From: Thermoproteota archaeon
GTDB lineage: Archaea > Thermoproteota > Methanomethylicia > Culexarchaeales > Culexarchaeaceae
DNA: 64,000 nt
Direction: 5' to 3'
NCBI GenBank assembly: GCA_020833005.1
Contig: JAJHRD010000002.1
Span: forward strand, 70,287 to 134,286
Numbering within the stretch: position 1 is the stretch's first letter; each line of letters begins with the position of its first letter. Of this stretch, positions 9,221 through 17,898 are shown piece after piece. Both the position numbers and the translations under genes were made by a program. Below the pieces are notes generated by a model that searched no databases, was not told where the DNA came from, and was given only the letters and a program-made list of their open reading frames with translations.

Positions 9221-10373
9221 TCTTTGAAGGAGCATTCGTCCTAATCCCCTTAGCATGGAAGTGGGTTCTAGAAGCGAAGAAACCCATGGATTTAAGTTCT
9301 TCTAAAATATCATCGACACTTGGGGAAGAGGTTTTAAGGATTTTTGAAATTTCATCCAAAACATAGAATGTTGGAGGCCCCCTACATTCATCAAGTATAA
9401 TGTCCAAGAAACGGGTTAAATCGGGGGTGCTAGCATGCTTCCTTAACTCCACTATGAATTCTGGATTGAAGAGTGGGCCTACCCAAAGGGGGCCTGAGAA
9501 GTGGAGTTTGGAATTACAATTTGGACATTCACGTACATCAGGGGGCAGTATGCCATTCACAACAAATCTATGGAGACACTTATCGCAAAAGGATATGTAG
9601 CCAAGTTTCGACATAGACTCATTCGCGAGATCTACACTAAAATTGAAGCGTGCAAATATCCTTATGTAATGCGCCCTAGAATAGCAGAGTAATGGGGTGC
9701 ATGAGAAATCATATGTGGAAACATTTCTCGAAATGTATCCAAGCAATATTCTAACAGCAATCTCCTGTGAGAAACTGGATTCAATGGGTATGGATCCATA
9801 CCTCCTCAAACATGTGGTGGGATATTTGCCAAACAATACTGGAACATCAGTGGCAGTGATGCACATAAGCCCACCATCCTTTAATGAGGCTATGGCAGGC
9901 TGAATAAACTTCGATGGAGAGCCGAAGGGGTCTATATCAATCACATGGAATCTCCTATTAAAACTGCTATTCATGAAAAACATCCTTCTCGCATCTAAAC
10001 AGGATACTATCACAGATGGTTTAATCGAGTTAAGGAGTATATTTTTATGAATTAATTCAACAGCCAATGGATTCCAATCATTAAACCACACCAGATCAAC
10101 CCCATCCACTTCAAGACCATATCTTATACCACGAACACCAGTACCTGAGAAAGCATCACAAATCCTAAGATTCTCAGAGACGAAACTTCTAAATTGATTC
10201 ACAACTAATACTGATAAACTTCTATCAAAAGCCATCCTTGGATTGTAAAATACTGGGGCATGTGATGGCTCATCATCGCCAACGTAATGGCCATAATAAT
10301 CCATGTCTGGAACATAAAGTTTAGCTTTCCCCTCACATATCACCTTAAGCTTCAGATCATCAGGTAAAGTCAA
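9186..10373 (-). CDS. trm1: tRNA (guanine26-N2)-dimethyltransferase Trm1
   Basis: EGKAKLYVP...FYNPRMAFDRSLSV, a SAM-binding core and a C-terminal Zn finger (CDKC...CPNC). I prefer TTG 10373, 1 nt after the upstream stop, over the track's ATG 10433, which overlaps the upstream gene by 59 nt. Confidence 0.85.
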   Translation of the reverse strand: MTLPDDLKLKVICEGKAKLYVPDMDYYGHYVGDDEPSHAPVFYNPRMAFDRSLSVLVVNQFRSFVSENLRICDAFSGTGVRGIRYGLEVDGVDLVWFNDWNPLAVELIHKNILLNSIKPSVIVSCLDARRMFFMNSSFNRRFHVIDIDPFGSPSKFIQPAIASLKDGGLMCITATDVPVLFGKYPTTCLRRYGSIPIESSFSQEIAVRILLGYISRNVSTYDFSCTPLLCYSRAHYIRIFARFNFSVDLANESMSKLGYISFCDKCLHRFVVNGILPPDVRECPNCNSKLHFSGPLWVGPLFNPEFIVELRKHASTPDLTRFLDIILDECRGPPTFYVLDEISKILKTSSPSVDDILEELKSMGFFASRTHFHAKGIRTNAPSKIIFDLVKSSSS

Positions 10374-10374
10374 T

Positions 10375-10899
10375 CTACATCCCTCCAACCAAAAGGTTAA
10401 ATATCTTATTTGGAAGCAACATTCTATTCTCAAAGGTTACTGTGAAAACTTTATAATCAACTTTTATTAGATCCCTTAAATTGTTAACCACTTTCCAGTG
10501 GACAACCATGAGAATTGGCTTATTAATTTTGGGAATTGAAGATAGGAAATTCAACACCACATTACTCTTCAATTCCATAGGGCCAACCTCATCAAAAACA
10601 ATTACATCGGCATCCGTCAAAGCAGAGTTTAATGCATCAATTAAAACATCCTCAAAGGATTTCAACTGCACATAATACTTGCCAACCATAACTGGGGAGG
10701 GAATATTTACATGAGCCAATAATCCACTCTTACCACTCATCAAATCCAAAACTTTAAATCCAACTCTAACTCCCCCCTCCCTAATCTCGGGACAAATAAC
10801 TCCACCAACCCTTAACCCCCTCCCCCTCAACAAATCTATAACCTTAAGGCAAACAGTAGACTTACCCACACCAGGCCTCCCAGTTACAACAATAATCAT
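10375..10899 (-). CDS. Nucleoside-triphosphatase THEP1 family (COG1618)
   Basis: 174 aa. P-loop IIVVTGRPGVGKST followed by the EIREGGVRVGFKV pattern. Confidence 0.8.
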   Translation of the reverse strand: MIIVVTGRPGVGKSTVCLKVIDLLRGRGLRVGGVICPEIREGGVRVGFKVLDLMSGKSGLLAHVNIPSPVMVGKYYVQLKSFEDVLIDALNSALTDADVIVFDEVGPMELKSNVVLNFLSSIPKINKPILMVVHWKVVNNLRDLIKVDYKVFTVTFENRMLLPNKIFNLLVGGM

Positions 10900-10961
10900 A
10901 AACTTAACCTGTAAAACTTTATTAAATAAACCTAGATAAGTTTAAGTTCGAGATTAATGTT

Positions 10962-11603
10962 ATGTTGATAGCTGGAGTAGATGAGGCAGGAAGAGGCCCA
11001 ATAATAGGACCAATGGTAATAGCTGGAATAATGATTAGAGATGAAGACCAAAACAAACTTGTGGAAATAGGAGTTAGGGATTCCAAAATGCTTACAAGGG
11101 AGAGAAGGCAAAAACTATATTACAAAATCTTAGAGTTAAGTGTTAATTGGACATACCAGATATTAACACCCATGGAAATAGATCAAGCAGTACAATATAA
11201 GAGGAGGACAGGGATAGGAGTACTAAACAAACTGGAAGCTGAGATTATGGCTAAGATAATAAATGAGTTGAAACCAGACGTAGCATATGTTGATAGTGCA
11301 GATGTAGATGAAGAAAGATTTAGAAGGATGATCATGGCAAAATTAACCCATAAAATTGAAGTGATATCAAAACATAAAGCAGACCAAACATACCCAGTAG
11401 TCTCAGCGGCTTCAATAATAGCGAAGGTGAAGAGGGATTCAATAATAGATGAAATAAAGAGGGTTTATGGGGATGTAGGCTCAGGATACCCAAGCGACCC
11501 AAAGACAATACTATTCATAAAGAAGTGTCTGGAAAGGGGGGAACTGCCCGACTTCATAAGGAGAAGCTGGTCCACCCTTGATAGGGTTAGAAGGGAAATA
11601 TAG
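10962..11603 (+). CDS. rnhB: Ribonuclease HII
   Basis: IAGVDEAGRGPIIGPMV N-terminus with DSK and DSADV catalytic motifs. Confidence 0.9.
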   Translation: MLIAGVDEAGRGPIIGPMVIAGIMIRDEDQNKLVEIGVRDSKMLTRERRQKLYYKILELSVNWTYQILTPMEIDQAVQYKRRTGIGVLNKLEAEIMAKIINELKPDVAYVDSADVDEERFRRMIMAKLTHKIEVISKHKADQTYPVVSAASIIAKVKRDSIIDEIKRVYGDVGSGYPSDPKTILFIKKCLERGELPDFIRRSWSTLDRVRREI

Positions 11604-11604
11604 A

Positions 11605-12087
11605 TTATAACTTCACTTCATCCTCAGCAGAGGAGGAGCCTACTTCACCAAACGATATAATCACACAACTAGGAATAGTCATCTTCAATTTAAACATATG
11701 AGGTTTGTAAATTCTAAGTGGAAGTGAAACTTTATCAATAGATACATTTTCACCCATAACCCTTAAAACTGTGAATGCCTCAACCACCCCGCCCACAAGC
11801 TCATAGGCACCTACCCCAAGATCCATCCTCCTAACGAAGACTAACGGCAACTTCAATTTTTCATGAAATTCTGGAGGTAAAACTTTACTTAGAACATTAA
11901 GATCTTCCCTATCAATAATTATATCAGAACCATCCCTAGCTTTAACTGATGGAAGGTTGCTGGAAACTATTTCTTTTAAAGTCTTATATTCCGCTGGTAG
12001 ATGACTATTAATCCTATCAATTTCCAATTTATAAATCAAGTTTAAAACCCTATCTATACGTCTATAATCAATATGCATTAAGATCAC
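11605..12087 (-). CDS. UPF0216/DUF61-family protein
   Basis: 160 aa. The INSHLPAEYKTLKEIV...ARDGSDIIIDREDLNVLSKVLP pattern is recalled from UPF0216. The GTGA start overlaps the fibrillarin stop. Confidence 0.55.
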   Translation of the reverse strand: MILMHIDYRRIDRVLNLIYKLEIDRINSHLPAEYKTLKEIVSSNLPSVKARDGSDIIIDREDLNVLSKVLPPEFHEKLKLPLVFVRRMDLGVGAYELVGGVVEAFTVLRVMGENVSIDKVSLPLRIYKPHMFKLKMTIPSCVIISFGEVGSSSAEDEVKL

Positions 12088-12791
12088 TTCTCAACATACC
12101 TTGCAACCACCATGGCATGATCCTTATCGTATGGCTCTAAATGAACTACACTTATTATCTCAAAGCCGCCATCTACCAAACAATTTATTTCACGCTTATA
12201 GACTTCACTTGGCTCTAAAGTTACATCAATACTCCTAGCCTTTATTGCAAGCATAGCTAAACCATTGGGTTTGAGGAAAAACTTAGCATTATCTATCAAT
12301 ATTTTAGCTTGATCAGGTTGAGCTACATCACAATACACCCCATCAACAATTGGAACTATACTCCGATATGCAGTTGGGGTACGGGCATCCGATAATATTG
12401 GAACTATATTCCTTCTCTTCTCACATAAAGCCATAAACTCCCTGAAAGGTCTTGGAGCAACTTCAACTCCAAATACGCATCCATCAGGCCCAATAATGTC
12501 GCTCACATGGCTAATGGTTGTGCCAGTTGAAGTCCCCAAATATAGCACATACGAACCTGGCTTAACAGATATTTCACTTACACCCTTCAATATTGCTGCA
12601 GCAAGTTTACTTCTAAAGGCATTCCAAACTCTAAACTCAACACCACCATGGGAGACAAGCTGCTCACCATATACGCGAACTCCTGGAACCATATTGACAG
12701 TTGCAAGCCTCTTAGAACCATCTTCAAATTCACACCAATACACACCTCTAAACTTGCCATCCTCATATATTTTGGTTAAACTCATTCTCAC
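12084..12791 (-). CDS. flpA: Fibrillarin (C/D box sRNP 2'-O-methyltransferase)
   Basis: VPGVRVYGEQLV...EFRVWNAFRSKLAAAI and the SAM motif VLYLGTSTGTT. The start is GTG 12791 (GTGA overlap with nop5) or ATG 12785. Confidence 0.95.
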   Translation of the reverse strand: MRMSLTKIYEDGKFRGVYWCEFEDGSKRLATVNMVPGVRVYGEQLVSHGGVEFRVWNAFRSKLAAAILKGVSEISVKPGSYVLYLGTSTGTTISHVSDIIGPDGCVFGVEVAPRPFREFMALCEKRRNIVPILSDARTPTAYRSIVPIVDGVYCDVAQPDQAKILIDNAKFFLKPNGLAMLAIKARSIDVTLEPSEVYKREINCLVDGGFEIISVVHLEPYDKDHAMVVARYVEK

Positions 12792-14008
12792 CGCCTCCTC
12801 CTAGCCTTCCCCCTCTCCTTAACCTCAACACGCTTCTTAACGGGCTTTGGATAAAGCTTTCTGATCTCCTCAATCCTCTTATAAAGGTCTTCCTTTAACT
12901 GATCGCCCACATATATGCCTGAGAAGGCATCAACCCTAGCCGCTATGGCAAGTCTACCAGCCAAGGCTCTAGCTATCTTCCCCCTCTGCCACTTTGGAGC
13001 CCCATGAACTTCCTGACATTGAAATATCACACCATGTTTAGGAGGCCTTGTACCTGTACGTAAAGCTCTAAATAGAGCCTTCTCAGCCCCAAGAACCTGA
13101 ATTGTACTTGAGGGGAGTCTAGCAAGTTTATCCAATCCACCAGCCAATGAAATCAATCTAGCACTTATAAGGGGGCCTACAAGAGACTTCAAATTTGGAC
13201 ATACATCATCAGCTACGGAATCAACATAACTTTCCAACTCATCCTTCAAATCATATAGATGCATTATATTCCGAGCGAAATCCATAATAGCGTTAATATC
13301 ATATTCGTTGAAGTCAGCTCCTATAGACGACTTGGCAGCAGATAATATTTTGCTAGAAGAAGATTCAGAAACCCCTAAAGCAGACAAGCTACTTGCATTA
13401 TACTTATCCCTTGAACCAATATTACCCACAATCTTCGCATACAATCTATGATCATCAACTATCGAGTTTAATTCTGGGAAGTGAACGCCATACCATTCCC
13501 TCAAACGGCTAATCATCATATTCAGTATCTTATTAAGATCGTCTATGGCGTTAATTGATTGTGCAAGAAGTAGATCCCTCTTCTCAACAGCCTTCCTCAA
13601 CCTCCTCCTAGATAGGAGTAATGAAACTTCATGTAGGAAAGTATAATAATCTTTAACTGTTGAAACAACCCTCTGCGAAACAGCTACATCAGGCAGAGCA
13701 CCCCTAAACCTCTTAAATAATGGGTTAAGAGGATCTATATGCAATTCAAAATCATGTAAAAGTCGCCTAACCATCATAAATAGCTTCTCATTATCGAAAA
13801 ATACTTTACCAGCTTTAAAGGATGATGAAACCTTATTGCAAAAGGACTTCAACTCCTCAATCATTTCACCATTATCCAATCTAAAAAGTTTATCTGCAAT
13901 AGCCTCCATATCTCCAGTGAAGGGTTCAAATATCAAAACCTTCCCATCAACGTCAAATAACATAAATCCAAATGGAGCATCCACCACAAAATACTCCAAA
14001 CTAGACAT
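12788..14008 (-). CDS. nop5: Nop5 (Nop56/58) C/D box sRNP core protein
   Basis: NOSIC/Nop domain (HFPEL...LGAEKALFRALRTGTRPPKHGVIF) and a basic KKR tail. ATG 14008 (MSSLEYFVV) preferred over ATG 14035. Confidence 0.9.
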   Translation of the reverse strand: MSSLEYFVVDAPFGFMLFDVDGKVLIFEPFTGDMEAIADKLFRLDNGEMIEELKSFCNKVSSSFKAGKVFFDNEKLFMMVRRLLHDFELHIDPLNPLFKRFRGALPDVAVSQRVVSTVKDYYTFLHEVSLLLSRRRLRKAVEKRDLLLAQSINAIDDLNKILNMMISRLREWYGVHFPELNSIVDDHRLYAKIVGNIGSRDKYNASSLSALGVSESSSSKILSAAKSSIGADFNEYDINAIMDFARNIMHLYDLKDELESYVDSVADDVCPNLKSLVGPLISARLISLAGGLDKLARLPSSTIQVLGAEKALFRALRTGTRPPKHGVIFQCQEVHGAPKWQRGKIARALAGRLAIAARVDAFSGIYVGDQLKEDLYKRIEEIRKLYPKPVKKRVEVKERGKARRRR

Positions 14009-14089
14009 TGAACACCACACTAACCAATAATGCATAATGACACAATAACTTTTAAATGTTTTATATCAATAATAGACGAGGGCTTAACA

Positions 14090-14998
14090 TTGGATGTAGA
14101 TATAAGCACGAAAATAGCAAACTTAAAAATTAGAAACCCACTGATACTCGCATCAGGGATTCTTGGAACAACGGGAGCCATATTAAAGAGAATTGCAATG
14201 GCTGGCGCTGGAGCCGTTACAACAAAATCGGTTAGCAAAAATCCAAGAGCAGGATTCCCAAACCCCACAGTAGTAAAACTCGAATATGGATTAATAAATG
14301 CCATCGGACTATCAAACCCCGGAATGCATGAATTTAAAAACGAAATAAGAGTAGCGAAGGAAGGGGGAGTTCCAGTAATAGTATCCGTCTTCGGAGAGGA
14401 AGTGAAGGAATTCTCTGAAGTAGCCTATCAAGCTGAAGAGGCAGGGGCCGATGCAATAGAACTAAACCTATCATGCCCACATGGACCAAACATACAATAT
14501 GGACAAGACCCAAAACTAACATATGAAGTGGTAAATGCCGTAAAAAGCACAGTAAAAATACCAGTATTTGCAAAACTAACACCAGAAGTAACAGACATAG
14601 TGAAAATAGGGTTAAGTGCAGAGAAGGCTGGTGCAGACGCCATAACGGCAATAAACACATTAAAAGCAATGATAATAGATATAAAGATCGCTAAACCAAT
14701 ACTATCAAACATATATGGAGGATTAAGTGGGAAAGCCATAAAGCCAGTAGCCATAAGATGCGTATACCAATTATATGAAGCATTAAGCATACCGATAATT
14801 GGAGTTGGAGGGGTAACAAGCTATGAAGACGCCATAGAATTCATCATGGCTGGAGCCAGCGCAGTACAAATAGGATCTGCAATAGCATTTAAGGGTATTG
14901 AAATATTCAAGGAAATCGAGCAAGGAATTATGAATTTCATGAAGAATGAAGGATACAAGTCAGTAAAGGATATGATAGGGTTGGCACATAAGAGGTGA
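14090..14998 (+). CDS. pyrD: Dihydroorotate dehydrogenase, catalytic subunit (class 1B)
   Basis: LKIRNPLILASG, GAVTTKS, NLSCPH and GGV..YEDA motifs. The track start is ATG 14030. I prefer in-frame TTG 14090 because TATA-like ttttaaatgttttatat (14050-14066) lies inside the longer version. Confidence 0.8.
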   Translation: MDVDISTKIANLKIRNPLILASGILGTTGAILKRIAMAGAGAVTTKSVSKNPRAGFPNPTVVKLEYGLINAIGLSNPGMHEFKNEIRVAKEGGVPVIVSVFGEEVKEFSEVAYQAEEAGADAIELNLSCPHGPNIQYGQDPKLTYEVVNAVKSTVKIPVFAKLTPEVTDIVKIGLSAEKAGADAITAINTLKAMIIDIKIAKPILSNIYGGLSGKAIKPVAIRCVYQLYEALSIPIIGVGGVTSYEDAIEFIMAGASAVQIGSAIAFKGIEIFKEIEQGIMNFMKNEGYKSVKDMIGLAHKR

Positions 14999-15816
14999 AG
15001 TTTATGAAAACAATGCCATCAAGAATAATAGCAGTAAGGGATGAGGGGAAAGATAGGAAAACGATAACGGTACACAATAAGGAGATAGCTGAAAAAGCCC
15101 ATCCGGGACAATTCATAATGGTCTGGATACCAGGAGTAGATGAAATTCCAATGGGGATATCACATATAGGGAGAGAGGAAATATCGTTCACGGTACATAG
15201 GGTGGGGGAAGCTACAAACGCACTATACAACAAGAGAGTAAATGAGTACATTGGGGTTAGAGGACCCTATGGCAGAGGCTTCAAAGAAGTGGATGGGAAC
15301 ATAATAGTTATTGGTGGAGGAACAGGCACAGCACCACTAATGCCACTAATTAGGAGGCTCTGTGAAAGAGGGGGGAATAGTGTTACAGTCATAAATGGAG
15401 CTAAAAGTATTGATGAAATGGTGTTTAAGGAGGAATTAAATGAGCTGGCAAAATTGGGGAAGATCAAATATATACCAGCAACGGAAGATGGAAGCCTAGG
15501 ATATAAGGGGTTGGCAACAACTCTACTCGAAAAGTTACTGAGGGAGGGAGAGATGCCCAATGAAATATATGTATGCGGACCTGAAGTCATGATAAAGAGG
15601 GTTGTGGAAATAGCATTGGAAAGGGGTATACATGTCCAAGCATTGGTGGAGAGATATATGAAGTGCGCAATTGGAATATGCGGTTCATGCACCATGGACC
15701 CATTGGGAATAAGAGTATGCGTAGAGGGGCCAGTAATACCAATAGAAATCCTAGCAAAAATAACTGAGCTAGGTGTATATAAGAGGGATTCCTCAGGGAG
15801 GAAGATAAAAATATGA
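14995..15816 (+). CDS. pyrK: Dihydroorotate dehydrogenase electron-transfer subunit
   Basis: FAD/NAD-binding fold plus a C-terminal 2Fe-2S motif (CAIGICGSCT...C). GTGA overlap with the pyrD stop. ATG 15004 is an alternative start. Confidence 0.85.
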   Translation: MKFMKTMPSRIIAVRDEGKDRKTITVHNKEIAEKAHPGQFIMVWIPGVDEIPMGISHIGREEISFTVHRVGEATNALYNKRVNEYIGVRGPYGRGFKEVDGNIIVIGGGTGTAPLMPLIRRLCERGGNSVTVINGAKSIDEMVFKEELNELAKLGKIKYIPATEDGSLGYKGLATTLLEKLLREGEMPNEIYVCGPEVMIKRVVEIALERGIHVQALVERYMKCAIGICGSCTMDPLGIRVCVEGPVIPIEILAKITELGVYKRDSSGRKIKI

Positions 15817-15865
15817 AGCGCTAAAAATTTAAGTAGCCCATTAAACCATAAAATAGTGAGCAAAA

Positions 15866-16030
15866 ATGCCAAGCCATGGATCACTAACAAAAGCTGGGAA
15901 AGTTAGATCGGCAACCCCAAAAATACCAGCTAAACCAAGGAGAAACTCCCCTCCAAGATTGAGATGTAGGAAAATATACTTTAGACGCGAAATTATGGGA
16001 GGAGTCCCTTGGAGGAAGGAGAAGACTTAA
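15866..16030 (+). CDS. rps30e: 30S ribosomal protein S30e (not in the ORF track, 54 aa)
   Basis: Hand translation: [54 protein letters not shown]. [15 protein letters not shown] is the S30e signature. Confidence 0.75.
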   Translation: MPSHGSLTKAGKVRSATPKIPAKPRRNSPPRLRCRKIYFRREIMGGVPWRKEKT

Positions 16031-16114
16031 AATAAATGAAATAATTCAAGCTTCCCAGCATCCTGAAAACAACATAAATAATTTGTTTTAATAATAATTC
16101 AGTTTATATCGTAG

Positions 16115-16212
16115 GCGGGGGTTGCCGAGCCAGGTCAAAGGCGCGAGGCTCAGAAGTTAACTGGGAAACCTCGTGGCGTAGGCCTTCGTGGGTTCAAATC
16201 CCACCCCCCGCA
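16115..16212 (+). tRNA. tRNA-Leu (CAG) with about 13-nt intron in the anticodon loop
   Basis: Acceptor GCGGGGG/CCCCCGC. Anticodon stem CGAGG/CCTCG enclosing ctCAGa + agttaactgggaa + a. Long variable arm and T-arm GTGGG-TTCAAAT-CCCAC. No encoded CCA. Confidence 0.8.
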
Positions 16213-16290
16213 TCCATTTAAATTCACAATTAAAGTTGGGAGAATTATGTTTAATAAGCAAAAATGAGTTAAAGTGTTTTGGGATGAGAA

Positions 16291-16689
16291 TTGGCAAAAA
16301 TAGTAAGAACTGGTGTAGCATTTAGGGAAGAGACTTTGAAAATGCTCAATGAATATATGGATAAGACGGGGATGAAGAATAGATCCAGAATAATTGATGA
16401 AGCATTGAGATTATACCTCTCAGACAGAGGGATTATGATGGAGGAGGGGATGTTTGGAGGAGTAATAGCAGTATACTTTGAACATGAAGCAGAACAAAAA
16501 TTAACAGAATTACAACATGAATTTCTAGATATAGTCATATCAAATACGCATGTACATTTAGATGCGGAGAACTGTATGGAAGCAATACTTGTGAAGGGGG
16601 ATATACGTAAAATAAAGGAGTTTATGTTGAAAATAGAGGGGGTTAAAGGGTTAAAAGCTATGAGGAGTAGCTTTTTCAAAATAATGTGA
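16291..16689 (+). CDS. nikR: NikR-family nickel-responsive regulator (RHH + ACT-like domain)
   Basis: 132 aa, TTG start. RHH N-terminus (NRSRIIDEALRLYL), then VIAVYFEHE...HVHLD..NCMEAILVKGD, which resembles the NikR metal-binding domain. Confidence 0.75.
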   Translation: MAKIVRTGVAFREETLKMLNEYMDKTGMKNRSRIIDEALRLYLSDRGIMMEEGMFGGVIAVYFEHEAEQKLTELQHEFLDIVISNTHVHLDAENCMEAILVKGDIRKIKEFMLKIEGVKGLKAMRSSFFKIM

Positions 16690-16700
16690 TAAATTGAAGA

Positions 16701-17672
16701 TTAGGGAGATACGACTCCAGGAATTTTTGGGAATGGCACGGCATCCCACACATATTTCAACCCACAAATGTATCTTGTTAGCCTCTCCACACCTATCCCA
16801 AAGCCAGCTGATGGTGGAATACCATCTTTTAGCATTTCAAGATACCAATTGTAATTTGAAGGATCTTCACCGCTCCTCTTCATCCTCTCAACAACGAACT
16901 CATACCTATACTCCCTTTCACCACCAGATATGGCTTCACCATAACCCTCTGGATACATTAAATCAAAATCCCTTAAAAATCCAGGCCTACTCTCATCCTC
17001 CAAGTAATAAAAGCCACGAGCACTGATGGGATAGTTTGTTATCCAGAAAGGCTCTTTATGGAGAAAGGATAATACTTCTTCAGCATCCCATGGTATTTCG
17101 TAACCGTAACTCACATGATACCCCATGGATGACAGAAGCTTCACAGCTTCATCATAAGTGTAACGTTTGAATGGAATTTTCAATGGAGCCAATTCCCTAC
17201 CAAGAGATTTAAGTTCATTGGAACAGTTTATTAAAACATCATCAATAACCCTCTTTAAAAGCCTTTCTGCAAGATCAAACATATCCTCACATTTGGCATA
17301 TGCAACTTCTAAATCAATTTGCCTAAACTCAACTAAATGCCTCCCAGTACTTACGGCTTCCAAAGGCTCTATCCTAATATTTGGAGATAAAGCAAATATT
17401 TTTGGATAGCATTTAATCATCATCTGCTTATATAAGATCATGCTACTCATAACCTTAAATTTCGACCCATAATAATCTATTGAAGCTTGCTTAGCTCCAC
17501 GTATACCAGGATCTGTGCATGGCCCTATTATTGGTGCTAGAATCTCTATAAACCCCTCACTTCTAAGGAAACTTCTAATTGAAGACAATATGCAATCTTG
17601 AATCTTAAAGATGCATTTAAACTTAAGCTCCCCAATCGTTAAATGCCTAAAGATTACAGAGTTAAATGACAT
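16701..17672 (-). CDS. Class II aaRS catalytic-core paralog without anticodon-binding domain (archaeal AsnA-like asparagine synthetase / AsxRS-like)
   Basis: Motif 1-3-like regions (GFIEILAPII; FRQIDLE; GFGIGVERLTRY) in a 323-aa protein starting at ATG 17672. The 43 codons upstream in the track ORF are AT-rich intergenic read-through. Confidence 0.7.
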   Translation of the reverse strand: MSFNSVIFRHLTIGELKFKCIFKIQDCILSSIRSFLRSEGFIEILAPIIGPCTDPGIRGAKQASIDYYGSKFKVMSSMILYKQMMIKCYPKIFALSPNIRIEPLEAVSTGRHLVEFRQIDLEVAYAKCEDMFDLAERLLKRVIDDVLINCSNELKSLGRELAPLKIPFKRYTYDEAVKLLSSMGYHVSYGYEIPWDAEEVLSFLHKEPFWITNYPISARGFYYLEDESRPGFLRDFDLMYPEGYGEAISGGEREYRYEFVVERMKRSGEDPSNYNWYLEMLKDGIPPSAGFGIGVERLTRYICGLKYVWDAVPFPKIPGVVSP

Positions 17673-17898
17673 AATTAAATCTGGAGAATATGAGAGTCTA
17701 AATATAATATAAATCTTTACTGAAAAATTATGAATAAATGTAAAAAATACATGTATAGTATGGAAAGATATATGAAGAATATGATTTGAAAACATCAACA
17801 TATGAAAAACAATTACATATTGAATTAAATGTGAAACTCCAATAGAAATATAGGTAACGAATGGCTAGGATAATTGGGTTTAATTGAGGAGATAAAGC
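17673..17898. other. Very AT-rich divergent intergenic region upstream of orc1/cdc6; candidate replication origin and divergent promoters
   Basis: Hand count about 22 G+C in 131 nt (17700-17830). Repeated ATATGAA(R)AA-like motifs. One ORB-like element, aaaCTCCAatAGAAAtatagg (17833-17853). Position adjacent to orc1/cdc6. Confidence 0.3.

Noticed and set aside
10488-10506. cacTTTCCAGTGGAcaacc, which resembles the dyad core of Sulfolobus-type ORB/mini-ORB elements.
   Set aside because: It lies inside the well-supported THEP1 coding sequence, is a single copy, and is 7 kb from orc1/cdc6. Most likely coincidental.
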